A stretch of 10,084 nucleotides of DNA from Candidatus Fraserbacteria bacterium (GCA_037446135.1 JBBIJD010000060.1:1-10084); one strand, 5' to 3'. Positions 1 to 6,329 are shown, counted from the stretch's first letter. Program-made: numbers and translations. Notes: generated by a model from the sequence alone, not told the origin.

Positions 1-74
1 ATTGAAACGGAGGATCGTATGTTTGGAGGCTCTCGAAGGTCCCTGTTGCTAGACTACCTATGAGGGATTGAAAC
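1..74 (+). CRISPR. Right-hand end of a CRISPR array: partial repeat (1-8), 36-nt spacer (9-44), full 30-nt repeat (45-74)
   Basis: ATTGAAAC occurs at 1-8 and again at 67-74, a 66-nt period. The full repeat GTTGCTAGACTACCTATGAGGGATTGAAAC has the GTT...ATTGAAAC termini and the CTACCTATGAGGG core typical of 30-nt Cas6-processed repeats (type I-B/III-associated). Only one complete repeat is in the window, and the array presumably continues to the left. Confidence 0.85.
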
Positions 75-99
75 CGGCAGCTTCGCCACCTCAGTCGCA

Positions 100-122
100 G
101 CGGCTGAACCCGACCGTTGGGC
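100..122 (+). mobile_element. Putative right arm (L' box, 6-nt spacer, R' core site) of an integron attC site; left arm missing or degenerate
   Basis: The sequence reads GCG-GCTGAAC(103-109)-CCGACC-GTTGGGC(116-122). GTTGGGC fits the GTTRRRY core consensus, and the box and spacing match the 3' end of aadA-type attC sites as I recall them (GCGGCTTAAC-TCAAGC-GTTAGAT). It is followed 36 nt later by an ATG with its own SD, as in gene cassettes. No RYYYAAC inverse core is present upstream. Confidence 0.55.
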
Positions 123-158
123 GGTCTCATCATACTCACTTATGAAGGAGAAGACCGA

Positions 159-2153
159 ATGAAAGGGAAAGCGAACCACCGCTGGCTTCAAAGAAACACA
201 AATCCAGTTGATTGCTATCGGAACGAGCGGTTCCTGCTTCCTATCCTGCTTATCGTAGTCGCAATGACGATGACAAATTGTGGTTTGCATCGACAGCCGC
301 CAGGTACGCCAACCGCCGCGACGAAATACCCCACTATGTCACTGACAGCCATACCGACCAGCGAGTCACCCTATCCCCGTCCGGTAGATTGCTCCAATGT
401 CCCTTTGCCACCTGAAGAAGAACCGTTCCCTCATGATTACTGGGGGCACGCGGACTTACCCGACGCAACAGAGCGACAAGTAGTCTCCACCTACTGCACC
501 ATGACGCCAGCACAATGGGAGGCCTTTTTCGACCAGCAGAACCGGACAGCAATGCAAATCAGCCAGGCGCTCGAAGACTATATCCGCCGCTGGTTGAGAG
601 GGGAAGCAGACGCCAGACTACCGCAGGGATTGCTACCGCCTTCGATGGACAATGAGAAATTGCACGATTGGACGCTCCTCCGTCCGGAGGAAGTGGACCC
701 CCGCGATCAGTGGTACATGGTTCCGGCGCGGGACAATCCTACCGATTTCACTCAACCCGTCCTCATGCGTGCCTACGCCGAGCCGCACGTCACATACCTG
801 CGCGTTGTGTTCGTTGCGCCTTTTGGCAGCGACTTGATCGTCGAAGGGGATTTCCCTCACGCACGATTCATGGATTTTCAGATTCAACAGCCCTTCGATC
901 CGCGACACCCGGTCACCAGCAACCTTGGCCAGAACGAAGTGCCCCTGGTTGACGTGGACATCGAACCCGACCCGGGTCACACCAATCCTTTCCGCACGGG
1001 AGCTGATCGCAACGCTTCATTACGCCATTATCACGCCACCTTTGATTTGGAAATGGGTAACGCCTCTGACCTGAATCCGCAGGCCATGCGCGCGCCCGAG
1101 TTTCGCGCCCCGGGTAATCGCCGCGTCGGCGGACCGATGGCGACTTCCGGTCCCACCGGGCAAGGCGTCCCCATTCCCTCCATCCTCTGGCTGCGCTACT
1201 ATGCCCCTGATCTAGGAACCGGCCCGCTGGCTGGCGTCGCACTCCCCAAAGTGCTCCTGCGTCTGAGCAGCGGAGAAACATTCTGGCTCCAGGCAGACAA
1301 GACGGAGATGGTACGGCGCGACACCTGCCCGGTCACCGGTCAGGAGACCAGGCCGGTGGACCCCCCGCCGATTATCGGATCATATTTGGGTTGGTACAAG
1401 ATGTTCGACGGCTTCACGATGTATGCCGAAGGGTGGGGCATCCAGCAGGCAGAACCTTGGGGCAACCGCCCGATCGAGCAAGCACGGCGGGAAATCCGTG
1501 GCGAGCGGGTCTGCTTCTACAATCGTGGACCCAATCAGACCCCGCCCGGCAATTTGACGCCTGGCACAACTCTGGTGCCGTACATTAACTACCTGACCCG
1601 TCCGACCGTCATCGGCACCGGCAAGGTGCTGGTTTTCACCGGTCGTTTGCCGATCACGCCTCAAACTCGTCACGGCGAAGCGACGATGCAAGCGGCGGAG
1701 TTGCGCTTCTGGTCGCTCTGCCATGCTGGACATGGTCCGCAAGGCAGATACCGGGGCGTGATCTATGGCTGTATCATGGACGATGAGATCGCGGTTGACC
1801 AGAACTACGACTACATCATCGTCCTGTCGCGTCCGGAGAACAAGCCGTCGAATGCCCGCCCCGACTGCGGCGTCACCTGGCAAGCCCGTGGTCCGGAGGA
1901 ACCGCAGGAAATACTGATTCGCTGGTTGAGCGTTTATCCTGACCACGCTTCAAATCCCTATGTCCCAACTGACAAACTCGTTCCGTGGTCAATCGGTTCG
2001 TGGTCTGAAGACGCATACGATCCGACCCTGATCGGTCAAAACGCTCCGGGCGTGATGGGACCCTATCACCCGATACTGCACTACCTGACCAAGCCGGAGT
2101 TCGAAGCGTTGGGTTGTCCTGTTGACCCCAGCCAAGTGCCGGCGTGGAAGTAA
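159..2153 (+). CDS. Exported protein / putative lipoprotein of unknown function (~664 aa; DUF1254/DUF1214-like motifs), probably horizontally acquired
   Basis: Long ORF. SD AAGGAG (145-150) lies 8 nt before ATG159, so this start is preferred over TTG117. A hydrophobic stretch FLLPILLIVVAM ends in MTNC (Cys codon 279-281, non-canonical lipobox), followed by a Pro/Thr-rich linker. Motifs EGDFPHARFMDF, DVDIEPDPGHTNPF, LRFWSLC and YIIVLSRPENKP resemble an uncharacterised secreted family (assignment from memory). Confidence 0.8.
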   Translation: MKGKANHRWLQRNTNPVDCYRNERFLLPILLIVVAMTMTNCGLHRQPPGTPTAATKYPTMSLTAIPTSESPYPRPVDCSNVPLPPEEEPFPHDYWGHADLPDATERQVVSTYCTMTPAQWEAFFDQQNRTAMQISQALEDYIRRWLRGEADARLPQGLLPPSMDNEKLHDWTLLRPEEVDPRDQWYMVPARDNPTDFTQPVLMRAYAEPHVTYLRVVFVAPFGSDLIVEGDFPHARFMDFQIQQPFDPRHPVTSNLGQNEVPLVDVDIEPDPGHTNPFRTGADRNASLRHYHATFDLEMGNASDLNPQAMRAPEFRAPGNRRVGGPMATSGPTGQGVPIPSILWLRYYAPDLGTGPLAGVALPKVLLRLSSGETFWLQADKTEMVRRDTCPVTGQETRPVDPPPIIGSYLGWYKMFDGFTMYAEGWGIQQAEPWGNRPIEQARREIRGERVCFYNRGPNQTPPGNLTPGTTLVPYINYLTRPTVIGTGKVLVFTGRLPITPQTRHGEATMQAAELRFWSLCHAGHGPQGRYRGVIYGCIMDDEIAVDQNYDYIIVLSRPENKPSNARPDCGVTWQARGPEEPQEILIRWLSVYPDHASNPYVPTDKLVPWSIGSWSEDAYDPTLIGQNAPGVMGPYHPILHYLTKPEFEALGCPVDPSQVPAWK

Positions 2154-2175
2154 CTCTTCCTTTCTTCAGGGAGGG
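2154..2175 (+). terminator. Hairpin immediately after the stop codon (possible weak terminator)
   Basis: CTCTTCCT-ttcttc-AGGGAGGG gives an 8-bp stem including two G:U pairs. No U-tract follows. Confidence 0.25.
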
Positions 2176-2187
2176 GCGCAGGAAAAC

Positions 2188-2221
2188 GTTCCGATACCGA
2201 GAGCCGCTGAGGGATTGAGAG
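2188..2221 (+). repeat. Solitary degenerate CRISPR-repeat-like sequence
   Basis: GTTCCGATACCGAGAGCCGCTGAGGGATTGAGAG starts with GTT. TGAGGGATTGA (2208-2218) is identical to 61-71 of the array repeat, and the last 14 nt match at 12/14. The 5' half does not match the array repeat. Confidence 0.35.
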
Positions 2222-2364
2222 GGATATGCCAACAAGATGGGCGATCTTAGCTGGGGTGGGATTATCATCAAATTCTCCCGATGGGGTGAGCTTCTAGGGT
2301 GCTCCGGCGAGTAGAACCTTACTGTTGATAGCCCGCCGGTATCCCATCGCGCCCCTCCATCCGG

Positions 2365-2370
2365 TAGAAT
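2365..2370 (+). promoter_or_regulatory. -10 box (TAGAAT) of a probable leaderless promoter for the response regulator
   Basis: TAGAAT is followed by 6 nt and then ATG2377. The only SD-like GAGG (2371-2374) is 2 nt from the ATG, too close to work as a normal RBS. Confidence 0.5.
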
Positions 2371-2376
2371 GAGGCC

Positions 2377-3027
2377 ATGGAGGCGGTTAGGGTCTTGCTA
2401 GCCGACGATCATACCCTCGTCCGGCAGGGGCTGCGGGCCCTCCTGGAGCGGGAGGGGTTCGAGGTCGTCGCCGAGGCCGAGGACGGCTATCGGGCCTTGG
2501 GGTTGATCGAAGAACTCCGGCCCGAGGTGGCGGTCCTCGATATCGCCATGCCGCGGCTGAATGGCCTGGAGGCTGCCAGACAGCTTGCCAGTCTCGCCCC
2601 GACAGTGCGGGTCATCCTCCTCTCGATGTATAAGGACCCTGGATATATCCGCGAGGCCCTCCGGGCCGGGGTCCGGGGCTACCTCCTCAAGGAGGAGGCC
2701 GCCGAGGAACTGGTCGCGGCGGTCCGCGAGGTCGCCCGCGGGGGCTACCACTTCGCCCAGCCGGTCCTGGCCGAGATCGTGGCCGCGGCTCAGAGTGGCC
2801 CCCCAAATGGAGGGGAACTCGGGCTCCTCACCCCGCGGGAGCGAGAGGTCCTCCAGTTGCTCGCCGAGGGCCGCACCACCTCTGAGATTGCTGGGATCAT
2901 CCATCGGAGTCCCGAGACGGTCCGGAGCCATCGCTTGCGGATCATGAGGAAACTCAGGCTCCACAGCACGGCCGAGCTCATCCGCTTCGCCCTGGATCAT
3001 GGTTTCATCCGACAGGATACCTTGTAA
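2377..3027 (+). CDS. NarL/FixJ-family two-component response regulator (REC + LuxR HTH)
   Basis: REC motifs are LADDH, VLDIAMP (phospho-acceptor Asp), LSM and YLLKE. The C-terminal LuxR HTH reads LTPREREVLQLLAEGRTTSEIA...SPETVRSHRLRIMRKL. Confidence 0.96.
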   Translation: MEAVRVLLADDHTLVRQGLRALLEREGFEVVAEAEDGYRALGLIEELRPEVAVLDIAMPRLNGLEAARQLASLAPTVRVILLSMYKDPGYIREALRAGVRGYLLKEEAAEELVAAVREVARGGYHFAQPVLAEIVAAAQSGPPNGGELGLLTPREREVLQLLAEGRTTSEIAGIIHRSPETVRSHRLRIMRKLRLHSTAELIRFALDHGFIRQDTL

Positions 3028-3080
3028 TGCGAGCTCGAGGAGTGAGTGAAGCCATATCTTTGGGCAGAAAGGGTGATTGG

Positions 3081-3956
3081 ATGATGAGAGGTCATGCGGC
3101 GATACTAATCCTCTTCGCCCTGGGCCTGGGGTTGTCTGCAATCTGGGCGGCGGAGGGCTCTCTAGTGCTAGTGGATTCCCCAGACGAGTTGATCGCTAAG
3201 GCCAATGCGGCCTTCGCTGAGCGGTTCATCGAGGAGAGGATGAGAGAGGCTATCTCCTACTATGAGGCGGTCCTGCCCTACCTCGATCAGCTCCCGGTCC
3301 AATCCCAGGCCTTCGTCCTCGATCGGCTCGCCCAAACTTACTATGAGTTGACCACCTTCAGCACGGGGGATGCTCTGGAGGACCGGGAGCTCTTTGCGAA
3401 GGGCAAGGATTATGGCTTCCGGAGCTTGGCGCTCCACCGGGGCTTCGCCCAGTGGCAGGCCCGAGATTTCAAGAGGGCCCTGAGCTTTGTGACCGATCCC
3501 GCGGCCCTCCTATGGACAGCCGACAACTGGGGGGCTCTCTTCGGCTACGACCCCTTACAGGGGATGGCCAATGTCGGCAAGGTCAAAGCGATGTTCGAGC
3601 GTTGCCTTGAGGTCGATGAGACCTATTGGGGTGGGAGTTGCCATAATGCCCTCGGGGCATTGCTCGTGACCACTCCGGCCTTCCTCGGCGGGGATCTTGA
3701 AGAGGGGAAGAAGCACCTGGAGAGGGCTATCGAGCTCGACTTCTATTACTTAGAGAACCATGTCGTCTATGCCCAGTATTGGGGGTTCACCTACGATCTC
3801 TTCGGCAGGATGAACGGGATCAGGGATCGGGAGCTGATCGAGCGGGAGCTCACTTTCGTCCTGGAGGCCCCTATCGGGAGATGGCCCTTCTGGAACAGGG
3901 AGGCGAAGAAGGAGGCCGAGTCCCTGCTCAAGAAGATGGGGGAGTTCCTTCACTGA
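3081..3956 (+). CDS. Exported TPR protein, TRAP transporter TatT-component-like
   Basis: A Sec signal peptide starts at ATG3081 (MMRGHAAILILFALGLGLSAIWAA), with SD-like AAAGGGTGA at 3068-3076. An alternative start is ATG3027, overlapping the upstream stop (TAATG). The motif FERCLEVDETYWGGSCHNALGALLVTTPAFLGGDLEEGKKHLERAIELD is characteristic of TatT-type proteins. Confidence 0.8.
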   Translation: MMRGHAAILILFALGLGLSAIWAAEGSLVLVDSPDELIAKANAAFAERFIEERMREAISYYEAVLPYLDQLPVQSQAFVLDRLAQTYYELTTFSTGDALEDRELFAKGKDYGFRSLALHRGFAQWQARDFKRALSFVTDPAALLWTADNWGALFGYDPLQGMANVGKVKAMFERCLEVDETYWGGSCHNALGALLVTTPAFLGGDLEEGKKHLERAIELDFYYLENHVVYAQYWGFTYDLFGRMNGIRDRELIERELTFVLEAPIGRWPFWNREAKKEAESLLKKMGEFLH

Positions 3957-3962
3957 CCGCCC

Positions 3963-5414
3963 ATGAAGCTTACCAGGCGGGAGTTCCTCAAGGCCCTCGG
4001 CGTGGGAGCGATCGCTCTGGCTCTCCCTCCCCATACCATCATCATAGGTGCGGCAGCGGCTGGAAGGGGGCAGCGGCCGGGGCTCAGGGTCGAGCGCTTC
4101 GACTCTGGGACAAGGGTCGTCCGCGAGGTGGCTGAGGCCCTGACCGGCAGAGGGGAATCCATCCTGGAGTGCTACCCTCCGGGGAGCCAGCTTTACCTCT
4201 GGCTACTCTCCCTCCTCCCTGAGGACTTGAGAATCGGGGGGGTCGAATGGGGGATGTCCCTAGGGGTGGGGAACTCGCCCAAGTCGTTAGAAGGCTTTAA
4301 GGTCGACTCGCTATGTGAATGGTGTGTCAGGCAATATCCAGTCAGGAAGCAAGGATACAAAGCGATCATGGTCGGCTCTCCCAATGGGGGGATTGCCCAC
4401 CTGGCCGCTCTGCTCCGCGCACCCTTCTTAACCTCATCTTTCGGGATCAGCTTCGCCCGACCTCCTATTGACCCCGATGATCTGAAAGCCTATCAAGAGT
4501 TCGGTCGAGGATTGGCTGAGATGATCCTCCAAGAAGGCGAAGAGTTCGAGGTCATTAACCATTATGATCCCCTCCATGATCGGAACCTCGTCAAGTATGT
4601 GAATCGGATCAGGATCAAGCTTTTGGAGCTGCCCCAGCCCTATCAAGGCTTCATCCTGGAGAACCTCTCCCCTCAAGGGAGGATTATCCTCATCAATTGC
4701 AGCTATCACTGGCCGCAGTATATGGTAACTGAGAGGTTCTTCCTCCAGATAGGGGGGCTGGGCGGGGTCTCCCCCCAGGAATATCTCAAGCGATGGGATT
4801 TGGATCTTCCTTTGCAAGAGCGCCGAGAGTCCGAATGGGGCTGCCCGGATGGGTTCGCCTCCGCGGTTAGGGATCTTGCCGCCCGCCGGGGGATCGAGGT
4901 CCTGGAGATCGGTCTCTCTCATCCCCAGGAATACAGCCTCCTCGCCTACCGTGCCTACCTTGAATGCGAGGGCTCAAGGAGGGAGATGGTCTTCCTCGAC
5001 TCCTTCAACCACCAGAACCCTCGGACCAATGTCCAGACTGGCCTGCCGGCCCTCTGGCTCCCCTTCAACACTGAAGATAGCCTGGCCTTCGCTCGGGAGT
5101 TCCTCGAAGGGAAGGAGTTCAAGAAGATCTACCTGACCGTGCTCCCCTCGTTCGCGAGCTCGCCCGATACACCGGCTCTCGAGCGCTGGCTCGAGCTCGC
5201 CTCTAAACACGGGGAGCTGGAGCTTCTGGGCATCTCGCCCCGGCTCTTCCCAGCCGACACTCTAGCCCCGTTCCGCTTGGTGGCCCAACTCCAGCGGCTG
5301 CGGCAAAGATACCGGCTTTCCAAACCGCTCGAGCTCGACCTTTCAGTCCTGGAGAAGCTGATGAGCTCACTCCAAGGGCGTGCAAAGCCTATCTCCCATG
5401 TGATAAGATCCTGA
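3963..5414 (+). CDS. Twin-arginine (Tat) signal-containing protein of unknown function (483 aa)
   Basis: N-terminus MKLTRREFLKALGVGAIALAL matches the (S/T)RRxFLK consensus plus an h-region. The ORF is long, has host-like codon usage and starts 6 nt after the previous stop. Confidence 0.85.
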   Translation: MKLTRREFLKALGVGAIALALPPHTIIIGAAAAGRGQRPGLRVERFDSGTRVVREVAEALTGRGESILECYPPGSQLYLWLLSLLPEDLRIGGVEWGMSLGVGNSPKSLEGFKVDSLCEWCVRQYPVRKQGYKAIMVGSPNGGIAHLAALLRAPFLTSSFGISFARPPIDPDDLKAYQEFGRGLAEMILQEGEEFEVINHYDPLHDRNLVKYVNRIRIKLLELPQPYQGFILENLSPQGRIILINCSYHWPQYMVTERFFLQIGGLGGVSPQEYLKRWDLDLPLQERRESEWGCPDGFASAVRDLAARRGIEVLEIGLSHPQEYSLLAYRAYLECEGSRREMVFLDSFNHQNPRTNVQTGLPALWLPFNTEDSLAFAREFLEGKEFKKIYLTVLPSFASSPDTPALERWLELASKHGELELLGISPRLFPADTLAPFRLVAQLQRLRQRYRLSKPLELDLSVLEKLMSSLQGRAKPISHVIRS

Positions 5415-5430
5415 CCGGAGGTGATTTAAG

Positions 5431-5805
5431 GTGCAGGAGTTCTCGTTCATCTTGGGGAATAATCCCGGAGCATTGCAGGATGTGGCCGCTGCCCTGGGGG
5501 CAGAACATGTGAACCTAGAGGCGGTTGCGGGGCTGACCGTGCTTGACGAAGGGGTCATCGCCATCGTCACCGACAATCCGGACAAGACCCGCAAGGTGCT
5601 GAGGTCCAAGGGGATCGAGTTCGAGGAGCGGGAGGCGCTGATGATGAGCCTGCCTCACCAGCCCGGCCAGTTGGCGACGATCCTTGGGCGCCTGGCTGAA
5701 GAGGGAATCAATGTGCTCTCCTGCTACTGCACCGTGGAGAAGAACCAGATCATCTTCACCGTGGACCAAGTGGACCGGGCTAAGGCCATCTTCCGGATCC
5801 CTTAA
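5431..5805 (+). CDS. Tandem ACT-domain protein (amino-acid-binding regulatory protein)
   Basis: Strong SD GGAGGTG (5417-5423) precedes GTG5431. There are two ACT signatures, NNPGALQDVAAALGAEHVNL and HQPGQLATILGRLAEEGINV. Confidence 0.9.
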   Translation: MQEFSFILGNNPGALQDVAAALGAEHVNLEAVAGLTVLDEGVIAIVTDNPDKTRKVLRSKGIEFEEREALMMSLPHQPGQLATILGRLAEEGINVLSCYCTVEKNQIIFTVDQVDRAKAIFRIP

Positions 5806-5839
5806 TCATAGACCGTGTGCAGCCTTGCAGAGATCGTTC

Positions 5840-6314
5840 ATGGCTATCGCGCACTTCCGCTTCTATGGGGAGCTTAATGGCTTCCTTCCCCTGGTGGGGT
5901 TCTCTCATCGCTTGAGAGCGGGGGAGCGGATGGCTGTTTACCCAGTATGGGAAAGCTTGGACATCACCTCGGTGACCCGTCTGCGAGAGAGGCCGCTCCG
6001 ACGGAGCAGATTCGTGGCCGATGTTCACCTGGGGAAGCTCGCCCGGCTCCTCCGGCTCCTGGGGTTCGATACTTTGCACTCTAATGTGCTCGAGGACCTA
6101 GTGTGCAACGGTATGCTCATCTCAGTGGCTAAGGAGGGGGTCTTCCCTCGCATTCCCCCGAAGGTTGCGAATTGGCGGGAAGAAATACTACCGGTGCACC
6201 TCGTGCGCCAAGCCCTATTGGCGCGGTTCCCACTACCTCAAGCTCGAGGAGACGCTCGCTCAGCTCTCTCCTCCTTCATCTCGTGAGGAGGCGCCCCCAC
6301 AGGCTTGCTCGTAG
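5840..6314 (+). pseudogene. Mut7-C ubiquitin/RNase (PIN-like + Zn ribbon) pseudogene
   Basis: From ATG5840 the frame reads MAIAHFRFYGELNGFLP, AVYPVWESLDI, RFVADVHLGKLARLLRLLGFDT and CNGML. After an extra A at 6183-6185 the next frame gives YYRCTSCAKPYWRGSHY...TAG(6312-6314). Two conserved internal blocks appear to be missing, with junctions near 5892 and 6097. Confidence 0.88.
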
Positions 6315-6329
6315 CGTGCGGGGCCTTCT

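Noticed and set aside
9..44. Self-targeting of the spacer within the window
   Set aside because: Only matches of about 9 nt were seen (for example GGAGGATCG and AAGGTCCC in hyuA), which is chance level.
125..156. Degenerate terminal CRISPR repeat (ACTCACTTATGAAGGA vs ACTACCTATGAGGGA)
   Set aside because: It needs indels, lacks the ATTGAAAC end and implies a spacer of about 50 nt. The similarity is largely explained by the SD sequence.
117..158. TTG117 start for the 678-aa ORF
   Set aside because: It has no SD and lies within the GTTGGGC core site. ATG159 has a well-spaced AAGGAG.
2194..2241. SAM-I riboswitch-like words (CGAGAG..GCTGAGGGA, TGCCAA, AAGATGGG)
   Set aside because: The P2/P3 core (GGCCC, GCAACC) is absent, P1 cannot form cleanly, the length is far too short, and there is no sulfur-metabolism gene downstream.
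2294..2345. TPP riboswitch-like words (CTAGGGTGC, GAACCT)
   Set aside because: It lacks the conserved CTGAGA and the CCTGAT...GCGTAGGGA elements.
2398..3141. 247-aa minus-strand ORF and the other antisense or alternate-frame ORFs (e.g. 1380-1946, 4434-4922, 6821-7522, 7661-8290, 8479-8853, 9526-9855)
   Set aside because: They are shadows of well-supported + strand genes in GC-rich DNA and have no recognisable motifs.
6179..6190. Programmed ribosomal frameshift in the Mut7-C gene
   Set aside because: The gene also lacks essential internal blocks, so decay or a sequencing error is more parsimonious.
5684..6286. 200-aa ORF as an intact gene
   Set aside because: The first 52 codons mostly overlap the ACT gene out of frame, and the tail after 6185 is out of frame relative to the conserved Mut7-C C-terminus. 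It is called as a pseudogene at 5840-6314 instead.
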